Below are positions 30,844 through 41,767 of a DNA stretch of 64,000 bases, piece after piece; within the stretch, counting starts at the first letter, position 1, and every line of letters begins with the position of its first letter. The translations under genes were made by a program, and so were the position numbers. The stretch is from contig CAWEHK010000008.1 of the NCBI GenBank assembly GCA_963808625.1, forward strand, positions 128,001 through 192,000, written 5' to 3'. Source of the stretch: an uncultured delta proteobacterium (GTDB lineage: Bacteria > Desulfobacterota > Syntrophobacteria > Syntrophobacterales > Syntrophobacteraceae). Below the pieces are notes generated by a model. It saw nothing but the letters and a program-made list of their open reading frames with translations, searched no databases and had not been told where the DNA came from.

Positions 30844-31284
30844 CTAGGACTCCTTTTCTTCGAGTCTGGCGATGAGGTCGATTACGCCGTCCCACCGGTT
30901 CTCACTCGCCAGTTGGTATTCGGTCGAATATTTCAGGGTCTGCGTGGGACAGATTTCCACACAAAGTCCGCAGAGGCTGCAGCGGGAAAAATCGATAAAA
31001 TAATGCGTGGCCACTTTGTCGCTCTTGGCGCGCGGCTTAATTCCCTGGACCTTGATGACCCCCGAGGGACACTCCCGTTCGCACGCTCCGCAGGCGATGC
31101 AGCTGTGGGTCCCGGTGTCCTCGAAGCGCTTGAGCTCCGTATGACCGCGGTAAGCCGCCGAGAGCGGCAGGTGCCTGCGCGGGTACTGCACCGTAACCAC
31201 CGGGCGCCACAGGCGCTTCACGGTTACTCCCATGCCTTCGATCAGGCTCAAACCCCCGTCTACGATGTCTTTCCAGTAGCCCAT
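30844..31284 (-). CDS. nuoI: NADH-quinone oxidoreductase subunit I
   Basis: TVQYP, CIACGACERECP, CSLCGLCVEICP. Confidence 0.95.
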   Translation of the reverse strand: MGYWKDIVDGGLSLIEGMGVTVKRLWRPVVTVQYPRRHLPLSAAYRGHTELKRFEDTGTHSCIACGACERECPSGVIKVQGIKPRAKSDKVATHYFIDFSRCSLCGLCVEICPTQTLKYSTEYQLASENRWDGVIDLIARLEEKES

Positions 31285-31412
31285 AAATCCTCTACTTTTG
31301 TTGAACGGACCCGCATGACCCGGGATGGGTCACCGCGGGCCATGAAAATGGCGTCAGCTCCCCAGTTTCGCCTTCTTTCTGTCCACTGACCACCGTTCCC
31401 TGACCACTGCCT

Positions 31413-32393
31413 TCATACGAGCTTCAAAACTGCCGCCGTCACCAGCAAATTGACCAGCGCCAGGGGAATCATGACCTTCCAGGAAAAATTCATCAGTTGA
31501 TCGAAACGCAGCCGGGGAAAGGTCCATCGCACCCACATGATCACGAAGATCAGGATATAGGTTTTGACCAAAAACCAGACGACACCGGGAATTCCCAGCG
31601 AAAAGCCAAAAGGCCCTTGCCAGCCGCCGAAGAACAGGCTGGTTGCCACCGCGCTCACAATGAACATATTGGTGTATTCGGCAAGGAAGAATAAACCGAA
31701 GCGCATGCCGGTGTACTCGGTATGGAACCCCGCCACCAGTTCCGATTCGGCCTCCGGAATATCGAACGGGGCCCGGTTGGTTTCCGCCGTCGCGCAGATG
31801 AGGTAGATCAGCCCCGCGACAGGCTGCAGAAAAATGAACCAGACTCTTCCCTGGGCTTGAACGATATCGGAAAAGCGCAAGGAGTTGACCATCAGCACGA
31901 CGCTCAGAACCGCAAGGAGCAGGGGAATTTCGTAGGCTACATTTTGAGCCACCGAGCGGATCGCCCCGAGGAGAGCATACTTGTTGTTGGCGGCCCAGCC
32001 GCCGGCAAGGATGGCAAGGACGGTAAAGGCCGAGAACGCAAAGATGAGCAACACGCCCACATTCATATCACGAAGGATGAGATCGGGACTGAAGGGCAGC
32101 ACCAGAAATCCCACCAGCACCGGCATGAAGACCAGGACCGGGGCAATGACGAACAGCGGGCGATCCGCCGTCCGGGGCGTAATGAGCTCCTTGCCCACGA
32201 GCTTGATGCCATCCGCGATGGTCTGCAGCAGTCCAAAGGGCCCCACTTCCTTGGGTCCCAGGCGGAGCTGGATGTGTCCGGCCACTTTGCGCTCCAGCCA
32301 GACAAGGAAAAGAGCGTTCAACTGGGAGAAGGCCAGGACAATGATGATGCCGACGACCAATCGAATCCACTCCGAACTCACCAGATTTCCCAT
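31413..32393 (-). CDS. nuoH: NADH-quinone oxidoreductase subunit H
   Basis: ERKV...[40 protein letters not shown]. Confidence 0.96.
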   Translation of the reverse strand: MGNLVSSEWIRLVVGIIIVLAFSQLNALFLVWLERKVAGHIQLRLGPKEVGPFGLLQTIADGIKLVGKELITPRTADRPLFVIAPVLVFMPVLVGFLVLPFSPDLILRDMNVGVLLIFAFSAFTVLAILAGGWAANNKYALLGAIRSVAQNVAYEIPLLLAVLSVVLMVNSLRFSDIVQAQGRVWFIFLQPVAGLIYLICATAETNRAPFDIPEAESELVAGFHTEYTGMRFGLFFLAEYTNMFIVSAVATSLFFGGWQGPFGFSLGIPGVVWFLVKTYILIFVIMWVRWTFPRLRFDQLMNFSWKVMIPLALVNLLVTAAVLKLV

Positions 32394-32409
32394 ATCGTCC
32401 CCTTACTCC

Positions 32410-32556
32410 TTACTGCATCTGCACAGAATAAAGTGGCCGAGGTCCTTTCTGTCATTCCCGCCGTTGACCGGAAGCCGGAATCCAGAAAGGCACTGGATGC
32501 CGGTGTTCACCGGCATGACGAGGTGTCTACCGGACACTTACTATGCTGTGGTACTA
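32410..32556. mobile_element. MITE-like element with imperfect TIRs enclosing a CGTC-type REP pair
   Basis: GCACAGAATAAAGTGGCCG ... CGGACACTTACTATGCTGTGGTACTA, with internal GTCATTCCCG...GGAATCCAG / CTGGATGCCGG...CCGGCATGACG. Confidence 0.6.
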
Positions 32557-32559
32557 ACT

Positions 32560-33681
32560 TCATCGGTCGATTTCCGGGATCACCAGGTCGACGCTCCCCA
32601 GAATCGAAATGGCATCGGCAACCAGCGTTCCTCGCAGCACCTCGGTCAGGACGCTGAGGTTCCCGAAGCTCGGCACCCGGATATGGCAGCGGTACGGGCA
32701 GCGGCTGCCGTCGCTCACCAGGTAATAGGCCGTCTGGCCCCGGGCGCTTTCAAAGGCAACGTAGACCTCACCTTTCGGGGGCTTGAGCAATGCGGGCACT
32801 TTCTCGTTCCGGTATGGTCCTTCCGGAAGCTGATCCAGGGCCTGTTCAATAATCCGGCAGCTCTGCTCCATCTCCTCCATCCGCACGTAATAGCGATCGA
32901 GAGCATCACCATTGGTGCCAACCGGAATGTCGAAGTCAAAGCGGTCGTAAAGTTCGTAAGGTTCGCTCTTGCGAATGTCGAAGGCGATGCCGCAGGCGCG
33001 AAGGTTGGGGCCGGTAACGGCATACCTTCGAGCCAGCTCCGGGGTGATGACGCCCACATCGCGGGTGCGGTTGATGAAGATGATATTCTTGGTGACGAGA
33101 CTGTGGTACTCGGGAAAACGGCTTCGCAGGCGCTCGACAAAGGCCCTTGTCTGGTCCACGAATGCGCGATCCACATCCTTGGTGACACCGCCGAAGCGGC
33201 AATACGAGTAGGTGAGGCGCGACCCGCTCACCCGATCCAGAATATCCAGAATCTGCTCGCGATCGTCGAAGGCATAGAGGAATGGCGTGAAACCTCCAAG
33301 GTCCATGACGTAGGTGCCAAACCACAGGAGATGACTGGAAATGCGGTTCAGTTCGGAACAGATGACCCGAATGTATCGAGCCCTCGAGGGAACGTCGATG
33401 GCCGCGAGCTTCTCCACTGCCAGCACGAAGCCGTGATTGTAGAGCATCCCCGACAAGTAGTCCATCCGGCTCGTATTAGGCAGAAACTTAGCGTAGGTCC
33501 GGTTCTCGCCCATCTTCTCATGGCCGCGATGACCGTAGCCAACAATGGGGTCAGCCTTGACGATGTATTCCCCGTCGAGATCGAGCAATACCCTGAGCAC
33601 CCCGTGGGTGCTCGGATGCTGCGGCCCAAGATTCAGACTATAAATGTGCTCGACAACCGGTTGTCGAAGTTGCTCAGCCAT
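32560..33681 (-). CDS. nuoD: NADH-quinone oxidoreductase subunit D
   Basis: GPQHPSTHGVLR, GYGHRGHEK, RMDYL, IPEIDR. No NiFe-binding CxxC motifs. Confidence 0.95.
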   Translation of the reverse strand: MAEQLRQPVVEHIYSLNLGPQHPSTHGVLRVLLDLDGEYIVKADPIVGYGHRGHEKMGENRTYAKFLPNTSRMDYLSGMLYNHGFVLAVEKLAAIDVPSRARYIRVICSELNRISSHLLWFGTYVMDLGGFTPFLYAFDDREQILDILDRVSGSRLTYSYCRFGGVTKDVDRAFVDQTRAFVERLRSRFPEYHSLVTKNIIFINRTRDVGVITPELARRYAVTGPNLRACGIAFDIRKSEPYELYDRFDFDIPVGTNGDALDRYYVRMEEMEQSCRIIEQALDQLPEGPYRNEKVPALLKPPKGEVYVAFESARGQTAYYLVSDGSRCPYRCHIRVPSFGNLSVLTEVLRGTLVADAISILGSVDLVIPEIDR

Positions 33682-33719
33682 AGATGCCTTCTCGTCGCTA
33701 TGATTTCCCCATCCACCAA

Positions 33720-33799
33720 CTACTCATCATTCATCCCATCACCAGCCACTAGTCACTAGCCACCAAACACCAGCCACTAGCCACTATTCACTAGCCACT
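33720..33799. repeat. Degenerate heptamer tandem repeat (CCACTAG-like)
   Basis: accagccactagtcactagccaccaaacaccagccactagccactattcactagccact between nuoC and nuoD. Confidence 0.7.
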
Positions 33800-34270
33800 C
33801 CCATAAACCTCATCCCGTTCCCGATACGCATGGATCTTTCCGAAAGTCTTCTGCAAAGGATGGTAATCCGCGTCCTCGGGCAGCAGCAGCGGTCTCAAAT
33901 CAGGGTGACCGTCGAAGGATATCCCGAAAAAGTCGTGGACTTCCCGTTCCAGCCACAGGGCCGAAGGAAAGATATCGCTTAGGGTCGGCACCCTCTGCTC
34001 GTGTCCGCACAGGACCCGTAGCGCAAAGCGCGACTTGGGTTCGTAACAGTTGAAATGGTAGACCAGTTCCGCAGTATCAAGAAAATCAAGGCCGGTGATG
34101 GATTCGAGATAGCATCCCGCCGCTTCACAGGACCTTGCCGCCTCCCGCAAGGTCTCAATGGGCACCTGCACCGACAGGGCAATGCCGGCGCGATATTCCT
34201 CGTCAACCCTCATGGCATCTTTCGGGAGTAAGTTGCGGAGCACGCGGATGATGTCATCTATTATGGCCAT
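33791..34270 (-). CDS. nuoC: NADH-quinone oxidoreductase subunit C
   Basis: WLEREVHDFFGISFDGHPDLRPLLLP...HPLQK. Confidence 0.95.
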   Translation of the reverse strand: MAIIDDIIRVLRNLLPKDAMRVDEEYRAGIALSVQVPIETLREAARSCEAAGCYLESITGLDFLDTAELVYHFNCYEPKSRFALRVLCGHEQRVPTLSDIFPSALWLEREVHDFFGISFDGHPDLRPLLLPEDADYHPLQKTFGKIHAYRERDEVYGSG

Positions 34271-34272
34271 GA

Positions 34273-34815
34273 TCAGATCTTTCCTTCCAGGCGGCGAAAA
34301 CGCCTCAGCAGATTGCGCTCCTCGCCCCGGGTGATCTTGTCCTCGAGCGCCAGAAAGCCCTGGATAAGTCCCTCGGGGCGCGGCGGACAGCCGGGCACGT
34401 AAACATCAACCGGAACGATCAGGTCGGCTCCCGGAACGATGGCGTACTGTCCTTCATACTCGAAGGGTCCGCCGGAAATCGCACAGTTGCCCATCGCGAT
34501 GCACCATTTGGGGTTGGGCATCTGGTCCCAGAGCATCTGGATGGCGGAGGCCATCTTTCGGGAAATCGTGCCGGCAACGATCATCAAGTCCGACTGACGC
34601 GGCGAGGGGCGAAAGACGCCGGCGCCAAAACGGTCCAGATCGAAGCGGGAGGCTCCGGCAGCCATCATTTCGATGGCACAGCACGCCAGGCCGAAGGTCA
34701 TGGGCCAGAGCGAATTGGCTCGCGCCAGGTTCAGGACGTCGTCCAGGAGTGCAAACTGGATGACCGGCTCACCCGGCTCTATCTTTTGCGTTCCCACTCG
34801 AATACTCCCTTGCAC
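34273..34815 (-). CDS. nuoB: NADH-quinone oxidoreductase subunit B
   Basis: [29 protein letters not shown]. Confidence 0.96.
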   Translation of the reverse strand: MQGSIRVGTQKIEPGEPVIQFALLDDVLNLARANSLWPMTFGLACCAIEMMAAGASRFDLDRFGAGVFRPSPRQSDLMIVAGTISRKMASAIQMLWDQMPNPKWCIAMGNCAISGGPFEYEGQYAIVPGADLIVPVDVYVPGCPPRPEGLIQGFLALEDKITRGEERNLLRRFRRLEGKI

Positions 34816-35171
34816 CAGGCATAGACAATGGCCAGCGATAGGATGCCGACAAAGATGACTACTTCCAGAAAATCCCTGATGGCATACTTGCCGTAGGCCA
34901 GGGCCACCGGGAAAAGATAGAGCACGTCCACATCGAAGGCGAGAAAGATGAGGGCGTAGATGTAATAAGCAACGGTAAACTGGATCCAGGCGCTCCCGAT
35001 GGTCTCCATGCCGCTTTCATAGGTTTCTTCGCGCGTGATTCCCGTGCTGCGCTTGACGATCAGCGGGGAAATGATGAGCGGAACGACCGCGAAAATCACC
35101 CCGACCAGAAGGTAGAGTGCAACAGCCAAAAAGTCAGTGAGCAGTTCTTTCGGCAGCATGCCGGTCTCCAT
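34779..35171 (-). CDS. nuoA: NADH-quinone oxidoreductase subunit A
   Basis: [24 protein letters not shown]. Confidence 0.94.
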   Translation of the reverse strand: METGMLPKELLTDFLAVALYLLVGVIFAVVPLIISPLIVKRSTGITREETYESGMETIGSAWIQFTVAYYIYALIFLAFDVDVLYLFPVALAYGKYAIRDFLEVVIFVGILSLAIVYAWCKGVFEWERKR

Positions 35172-35174
35172 TTG

Positions 35175-37043
35175 CTAATCGACGCCCGCGCTTTCCACGT
35201 AAATGGCGCCAAATTTACAGTTCTCCAGGCAGATCCCGCAGCGTACGCATGCTTCTTCGTCGACGACGTGGCATTCTTTCTTGGCCCCGAGGATGGCGCC
35301 TTCGGGGCACTTCATCCGGCAGCGCCCGCACCCCGTACATTTGTCGAGATCGATCTCATAAGTGATTAACGGCTTGCAGACCCTGGCCACACATTTCTTC
35401 TGATAAATGTGCGCGTCGTACTCGTCCCGGAAATACCGGATCGTGCTGAGTACGGGATTCGGAGCGCTTTTTCCCAGCCCGCAGAGGGCCGACTCCTTGA
35501 TGCTGTTGCAGAGCTCCTCGAGCCGCTCCACGTCCCCCGGTTGACCCTTGCCCTGACAGATCCCGGCGAGGATCTCGTGCATCCGCTTGACGCCCATGCG
35601 GCACGGAACGCATTTGCCGCAGGATTCCTCGGTGAGGAAGTTCAGGAAGTAGCGCGCCACGTCTACCATGCAGGTTTCGTTATCCATGACGATCATGCCG
35701 CCGGAACCCATCATCGATCCGGCCTCTTTCAGCTTTTCGAAATCAACCGGCAGATCGATCAGCGCTTCGGGAATACAGCCGCCGGAAGGGCCTCCGGTCT
35801 GGACGGCCTTGAAGCATTTGCCGTTGGGGATGCCGCCGCCGATTTCGTACACGATTTTTCTCAGAGGCGTCCCCATGGCCACTTCGACCAGTCCGGTGTT
35901 GTTGATCTTTCCCACCAGCGAAAAGATCTTCGTGCCCTTGCTGCGCTCGGTCCCAATGCCCGCGTACCACTTGCCGCCATTGCTGATAATCATGGGCACG
36001 TTGGCATAGGTTTCCACATTGTTGAGATTGCTGGGGAGGCTCCAGAGACCCTTTTCGACGGTGTGGATGTGTTTTCCCCGAGGTTCGCCAATTTTGCCTT
36101 CCAGGGAAGCCATGAGCGCCGTGGATTCACCGCAGATAAAAGCCCCTGCCCCCCGGTTGATGTAGACGTCGAAAGTGAGCGGCGACCCCATGATGTTCTT
36201 CCCGAGCAGCCCATAGGCCCGCGCCTGCTCGATGGCCCAACCGGCGTTCTTCACGGCCAGGGGATATTCAAAGCGACAGTAGATGTAGCCTTCGGTGGCG
36301 CCGATGGCCCAGGCGGCAATGATCATCCCTTCGATCACCTGATGGGGATTGCCTTCCATAACCGAACGGTCCATGTAGGCCCCCGGGTCTCCCTCGTCGG
36401 AATTGCAGATGACATATTTGACATCGCCGCGCGCTTTCCGGCATGACTCCCACTTCACCCCGGCAGGGAAGCCGCCGCCGCCGCGACCGCGAAGTCCGGA
36501 TACTTTGATTTCGGCAATAACCTGTTCCGGGCTCATCTCCGACAGCGCCATGGCGAGGCCCGAATAACCGCCGCGGCTGATGTAATCTTCAATGTCGGTA
36601 ACGTAGTTGATGCCGGTGGAATGAAAAACCAGCCGCTCCTGCCCGGCGAAGAAAGGGATTTCACGCTCGTGAACAATCTTTGTGCCGGTTTCGGGGTTCA
36701 CATAGAGGAGGTCGTCCAGGACCTCATCGCCCAGGACCGTGCGCTCCATGATTTCGTCAACCCGGTCTGTACCCACCCGCGCATAGAAGACATTTTCCGG
36801 TTCGACCACGACGATTGGTCCCTGCGCACAAAAACCGTTGCAGCCGGTTGGTTTAACCATGTGCTCGGCGGCAAGTCCCCTGGCGTCCAGGCATTGCTGA
36901 AAGGCTTGGACCACTTGTTCCCCGCCCTGGGAGTGGCAAGCTGTCCCGGCACAGATTCGAATCCACTTCTTGAGCTTCCGGCGCCCGGCGATGGCTTCCT
37001 CTCGCAATGTTTCCAGATCCTGCACGCTATTCAGCCGCTTCAT
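35175..37043 (-). CDS. nuoF: NuoF/HydB-type diaphorase subunit with N-terminal [2Fe-2S] and C-terminal 2x[4Fe-4S] domains
   Basis: SGLRGRGGGGFP, NSDEGDPGAYMDR, GAGAFICGE, GGPSGG, ESCGKCVPCR, CTGCGRC..CP, CVRCGIC..C. Confidence 0.93.
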   Translation of the reverse strand: MKRLNSVQDLETLREEAIAGRRKLKKWIRICAGTACHSQGGEQVVQAFQQCLDARGLAAEHMVKPTGCNGFCAQGPIVVVEPENVFYARVGTDRVDEIMERTVLGDEVLDDLLYVNPETGTKIVHEREIPFFAGQERLVFHSTGINYVTDIEDYISRGGYSGLAMALSEMSPEQVIAEIKVSGLRGRGGGGFPAGVKWESCRKARGDVKYVICNSDEGDPGAYMDRSVMEGNPHQVIEGMIIAAWAIGATEGYIYCRFEYPLAVKNAGWAIEQARAYGLLGKNIMGSPLTFDVYINRGAGAFICGESTALMASLEGKIGEPRGKHIHTVEKGLWSLPSNLNNVETYANVPMIISNGGKWYAGIGTERSKGTKIFSLVGKINNTGLVEVAMGTPLRKIVYEIGGGIPNGKCFKAVQTGGPSGGCIPEALIDLPVDFEKLKEAGSMMGSGGMIVMDNETCMVDVARYFLNFLTEESCGKCVPCRMGVKRMHEILAGICQGKGQPGDVERLEELCNSIKESALCGLGKSAPNPVLSTIRYFRDEYDAHIYQKKCVARVCKPLITYEIDLDKCTGCGRCRMKCPEGAILGAKKECHVVDEEACVRCGICLENCKFGAIYVESAGVD

Positions 37044-37084
37044 GGCTTTTTCCCAGACCTCTTATCCTCGTCACTCATCTCTCA

Positions 37085-37220
37085 GCACAGGTCCCCATAA
37101 GTGGATGTCCGAAGTCAGTTCGTCATGCCGGTAAAAGCCGGTATCCAGGAGATCTTTCTGGGTTCCGGTTGTCACCGGAATGACGCGTCACATACATGGT
37201 TACTCTATTGCGCGAGCCAT
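37085..37220. repeat. CGTC-type REP pair / degenerate MITE copy
   Basis: CGTCATGCCGG..CCGGTATCCAG ... CTGGGTTCCGG..CCGGAATGACG at 37121-37185. Confidence 0.6.
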
Positions 37221-37225
37221 CTGAA

Positions 37226-37322
37226 CACTCATCACTCACGACCCATCACTCATCACTCGTTACTCATCACTCACTTACTCAGCACCCAGCACTCAGCACC
37301 CAGCACTCAGCACCCAGCACTT
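37226..37322. repeat. Heptamer tandem repeats (CTCATCA / CTCAGCA / CCCAGCA)
   Basis: About 13 consecutive 7-mers directly visible between nuoE and nuoF. Confidence 0.8.
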
Positions 37323-37326
37323 CCCC

Positions 37327-37806
37327 CTACCCTTCTTCTTTCTTTCTCAGATCTTTCGCGAGTTTGCTGACCTTGTTGGGGGTGACTTCGGCGTGGGTGA
37401 TGCCGTCCACCACGACTACCGGGGCCGAGGCACAGGCCCCGACGCAATTTACCGTTTCCAGAGTTATGGCCAAATCTTGGGTGGTGTCACCAGGCCTCAG
37501 GTGAAGGTCCTGCTCCAATCTGTCGAGCAGACGCGGCGTTCCCTTGACGTGGCAGGCCGTCCCCGTGCAGACATGCATGATGGTGCGCCCCCGGGGTTTG
37601 AGGCTGAAAACCTTAAAGAACGTGGCGACGCTGTAGACCTGGTTGATGGGCATGACCAGACGCTCGGCCACGCGAGAGATGCTTTCTTTGGGCAGGTAGT
37701 GATAGCGATGATTGATGTCAAGCATGATCTGCAGGAGGGAAGCCGGCTTCGGTCCCCAGTGATCGATGATGGCGTCGACATCTTGTACGTTGAACTCCAT
37801 GCACAT
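37327..37806 (-). CDS. nuoE: NuoE/HydC-type [2Fe-2S] subunit
   Basis: VYSVATFF, CTGTACHVKG, NCVGACASAP. Confidence 0.94.
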   Translation of the reverse strand: MCMEFNVQDVDAIIDHWGPKPASLLQIMLDINHRYHYLPKESISRVAERLVMPINQVYSVATFFKVFSLKPRGRTIMHVCTGTACHVKGTPRLLDRLEQDLHLRPGDTTQDLAITLETVNCVGACASAPVVVVDGITHAEVTPNKVSKLAKDLRKKEEG

Positions 37807-37947
37807 CCTCCATGCAGATCACAGATTCAGGGCAGTGGATCCAGTTTTGCGTGAGCGATGCTCACTAAATGCACGCCCAGATTCCTCACCACTCCCCCCC
37901 ATGCGATCCCGCTCAAACTCGTTACTCGTCACTCATCTCTGAACTGA

Positions 37948-39073
37948 TCACTCCTGCTTGCTTTGTCGAAAGACCGAAAAGATGGAGCCTTCTCCCAAGC
38001 GGCTCTGAACTTCGATCCTTCCGCCGTGAGCACGAATGATCTTTTGGGCGATCGCGAGGCCGAGACCGGTTCCCTGCTGCTGACGGACCTCCTTGGCCTT
38101 GCTTCGGTAAAACTGTTCAAAGATAAAAGGGAGCTCCTTCTCATCCATACCCAGACCGGAGTCCTCCACGGCCACCACCACCCCGTCATCCTGTACCCGG
38201 GCGCTGATGCCCAGTTTTCCCTCCGGCCGATTGTACTTGATGGCATTGGCAATGAGGTTGCTCAGGGCCTCCCGGAAGGTGTTCGGGTCGATACAGACGT
38301 CCGGGAAGTCCGGCGGAATGTCCACACAAAGGTCTATTCGTTTCTCGAGAACGCCCATTTCGAGTCCGGCCAGGGCCGCGTTTACGCACGGAGCGAGCGG
38401 GCAGGCCTGAAGGCGATGGACGATGTCACCGACCGCGATGCGGTTCATGTCCAACCAGTCGTTGATGAGCTGGAGCAAACCGTCGAGTCGTTCCCGGGCG
38501 CGCTCGATCATCTCGCGCTGCATCTCGCTCAGCCCGCCCCCGAGGTCGCTGAGGAGCACTTCGAAATATTGGTAGATGGCCCCAAGAGGGGAGCGTAACT
38601 GATGGGTCACCATGGTGACGAAGTTACGTTCCATGACCTTCTTCTCCTCGCGCAGAGACCTGGGATTCCCGATCCAGCCTTCGCTTCTCCAGGCCCCGCT
38701 GGACCACAATGACGAGTTCATCGGGCGTGAAGGGTTTGGGGAGATAGTCGTAAGCCCCTTCCTTGATCGCGGTAACCGCTGTCTCGATGGTGGCGTAGCC
38801 GGTGATGATAATGGTTACAATGTTCGGGTCGTAATTGCGGATGCGCCGGGCGACCTCCATCCCATCCATCTCCGGCATTTTCAGGTCGACCAGCACCAGA
38901 TCGTAAGGGTTGCGCATGAGCAGGTCGAGCCCCTCGCGACCGCTGGCGGTCTTCGTTGTTTCGATGCCGATCCGCGTGAGAATGCGCTCGCAGGAAATCC
39001 GGCTGATTTCTTCGTCATCGATCACAAGCACCTTGGGATAGGCGGCCACGTTGGTCCTCGGTGGAGACATCAC
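37948..39073 (-). CDS. Hybrid receiver-histidine kinase (frameshift near 38660)
   Basis: REC: VIDDE, DLKMP, TGY, KPF. HisKA: VTHQLRSP. HATPase: NAIKYN, DSGLG, GTGLGL. Confidence 0.9.
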
Positions 39074-39202
39074 CCTTCGTGGATTTCGGCTTCCAGGCCG
39101 GGAACTGAAGTGCAGGCTAAAACACGAGCTTCAAATGCCGCTGATGAGCGAGACCGGGCGCGCAGAATTGAGGGATGTGAAGGAACTGTCCGAAAGGCGA
39201 AA

Positions 39203-39618
39203 TCACCTCTCTTTTCGGATAAGGGCCGACACCTTCTCCAGCAGTTGTTTCGGTTTTATTGGTTTGTCCATGTAGTCATCGGGTTGAGGAGAGTCTCCCA
39301 TGTCTTCTTCGTCGGCAAAGGAAAAGCGGGAGCCGGTATCGGTCTTTACGCTCGATACCATCACGACCGGGACGGCGCTGAATTCCTCGAGGTCGGGAGC
39401 GGTCCTCAGCACCTCAAAAAACTGAAACCTTCAAAGATGCTCTCCATCATGATGTCGAGAAGCACCAGTTGGGGCCGGCTTTCCTTGATCTTTTCCAGCC
39501 CCTGCCTGGCATCCTCGGCGACCACCACCTCGTACCCATCGGCAAGGAGGATCATTTTGGTGGTTTTGACGAAATCGGGGTCGTCATCTACAATGAGAAT
39601 CCTCCCCTTGGTTGCCAT
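39203..39618 (-). CDS. Stand-alone response regulator receiver protein (frameshift near 39410)
   Basis: ILIVDDD, LLDIMM, PVVMVSS, DYMDKP. RBS GGAGG. Confidence 0.85.
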
Positions 39619-39870
39619 GGCAATACCTCCAAACATCGAAAGAGGGAGTTTGCACTAATATCGAAATGCGTTGAACGAGGCGTTTCTGCGAGCGGCGGAA
39701 GCGGACTGGAGACTCAGCTTTTTTCCGGTAGCGGCATTACTACTTATCCGCTAATGGGAGGAGAGGTCAAGGCAAAAAATTCATAAGGTTTCTGCCTGGC
39801 GCCTTGCATGGCGACGGCTGCCGCCTGCTGCCGGCTCGGTAGAATAAACCGTTTTCTGCGGAGCTTTACT

Positions 39871-40029
39871 TAATACGCCCCCGCATAAATGGGTGTCCGA
39901 ATGCCGCTCGCCATTCCCGCGTGTTCTGGCGGGAATCCAGGCTGTGCAAATTCCCTGGATTCCCGCTAAGAGCATGCGGGAATGACGAGCGGGTGGTAAT
40001 GGACACTTTATTCTGCTGTGCTGTACTTA
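39871..40029. mobile_element. MITE-like element enclosing an ATTCCCGC...GCGGGAAT REP pair
   Basis: TAATACG..GCATAAATGGGTGTCC ... GGACACTTTATTCTGC..GTACTTA. Same family as 32410 and 53421. Confidence 0.65.
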
Positions 40030-40270
40030 GTAAGATTACCATATGAACGTGACAAAGGAACGGCGGTGATCCCATGCAGGAAAATGCTGAGCAACACCGT
40101 GAGCACGATGATCGACATCATCCGATCATGCCCCGCGACGCCAATGTTCATAACGACTATCAACAGGTACAATATGGAGGCGATGCCACGGGGGCCAAAC
40201 CATCCGATGAAGGCCAATCGAAGGCCAGCCCAGCTTTGTCCCCACAATGCCGACGGCGACAGGTAACATG
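40008..40270 (-). pseudogene. 3' fragment of a CPA1/NhaP cation:proton antiporter
   Basis: FIGWFGPRGIASILY...TVLLSIFLHGITA. No upstream body. Confidence 0.75.
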
Positions 40271-40560
40271 CGGACAGGGGGCAAACTTGAGCCGTCAAGG
40301 ACATGAATGGAGGCAACTACGACAGGAGGCTTTTGAAAACAGAGCGCTCAATGGATGGTCGCTCCCGTGCAACATGCCTGACAGACAAGGCTTGTCCTGA
40401 TTTCCCGATCTGCTTTGTTCACGTCGGACTGATGTCTTAAAATCTTGACCTGCTCCCCTCAAACGAGGTACAGCTTGTTAGACTTCAATAGCCTGGGGAG
40501 ACTCGTTTTTTTCGAGAAGCAAACGCTGGCAACCAGTAATCAAAGAAGGAGGAGCACACG

Positions 40561-41283
40561 ATGCGTAGAAAACAGTATGGATTGGCTTCAGGACCCGAAA
40601 GATTGCTATTGACGCTGGTGGTGACCAGCCTGATCCTCGGGACGGGATTGGTGGGCTTGACCGGGTGTTCGCAGGAGGTTGCCTCCCCATCCATCCAACC
40701 GGCCGCCCTTCCCTACGGCCAAAACGCTCTGGAACCTTTCATCTCCCAGAAAACCCTCGAATTCCACTATGGAAAACACTACCGGGCCTACGTTGAAAAA
40801 ACCGTCGAACTGGTCCGAGGAACCCCGCTTGCGCCGCTCCCTCTCGAAGAGATCATGAAAAAGACGGCCGGTTCCGCCGACAAGGCAGCGATTTTCAACA
40901 ATGCGGCGCAAGCCTGGAACCACGAGTTTTACTGGAAGAGCCTGAAACCCGGAGGAAGCAAGCCTGAAGGCGAACTGCTGAAGAAGATCCAGGCGTCGTT
41001 TGGAAGCCTCGAGAACCTGAAAAAACAGCTCCTGGACGCGGCCCTGGCCCAGTTCGGAAGCGGATGGGCATGGCTGGTGCTGGAAGGCGATAAGCTCAAG
41101 GTGGTCAAGACCGGAAATGCCGACAATCCCGTTGTTCATGGGCAGATCCCACTGCTCACCATCGATGTCTGGGAGCACGCCTACTATCTCGACTACCAGA
41201 ATCGCCGGGCAGATCATGTCAAAGCCGTGATCGACAACCTCCTGAACTGGGAGTTTGCAGCGGCCAACCTGCCCAAGGCTTAG
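40561..41283 (+). CDS. sodB: Fe superoxide dismutase with lipoprotein signal peptide
   Basis: [33 protein letters not shown]-terminal MRRK...LVGLTGC. RBS AGGAGG. Confidence 0.92.
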   Translation: MRRKQYGLASGPERLLLTLVVTSLILGTGLVGLTGCSQEVASPSIQPAALPYGQNALEPFISQKTLEFHYGKHYRAYVEKTVELVRGTPLAPLPLEEIMKKTAGSADKAAIFNNAAQAWNHEFYWKSLKPGGSKPEGELLKKIQASFGSLENLKKQLLDAALAQFGSGWAWLVLEGDKLKVVKTGNADNPVVHGQIPLLTIDVWEHAYYLDYQNRRADHVKAVIDNLLNWEFAAANLPKA

Positions 41284-41320
41284 GACCGCAACAAGACCTC
41301 TTCGGAGAGCCTAAATTTTG

Positions 41321-41384
41321 AGGGCGGGCTTTCCAGCCCGCCTTTTGCCCGATTGGGCCTGGCAGGCTGGAAAGCCTGCCCCAC
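41321..41384 (+). terminator. REP-derived hairpin followed by a T-run after sodB
   Basis: GGCGGGCT-TTCC-AGCCCGCC-TTTT, followed by GGCAGGCTGGAAAGCCTGCCCCAC (same family as 51760). Confidence 0.6.
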
Positions 41385-41494
41385 AGGTTTGACCTTTCCT
41401 CATCGGCGAGGAACAGCCATGCGGCAATGGTGGCTGGATGCGCTGGAACAGCGGGTGTGGGTTAGCTAAATCGTTGTATCGCTATGTTTTATGC

Positions 41495-41767
41495 AACCCC
41501 TTCAGGGTAGATATTCGTGTTGTACTTGGCTCCCCAGGGTGGCGCCAGCGCTGAACCCTGGGCTAATTTATGAAGCCCCTTCAGGGCAGTAAACTTAGGT
41601 TGATGCATATGCCGTGTCTCCCCCTCTCCGTATCTCCCCCCATCCCCGGGTTGATATGCGTGTTGTACTTGGCTCCCCAGGGTGGCGCTGGCGCTGACCC
41701 TGGGCTAATTTATGAAGCCCCTTCAGGGCAGTAAAGTCAGCTTGATGCATAGGCTGTGTCTCCCCCT
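41495..41767. repeat. About 142-bp direct duplication of a palindromic CCCCTTCAGGG / CCCAGGGT..ACCCTGGG element
   Basis: 41510-41625 and 41653-41767 are near-identical. Confidence 0.8.

Noticed and set aside
32560..34815. Group 4 [NiFe] hydrogenase
   Set aside because: The large subunit lacks both CxxC Ni-binding motifs and has NuoD signatures.
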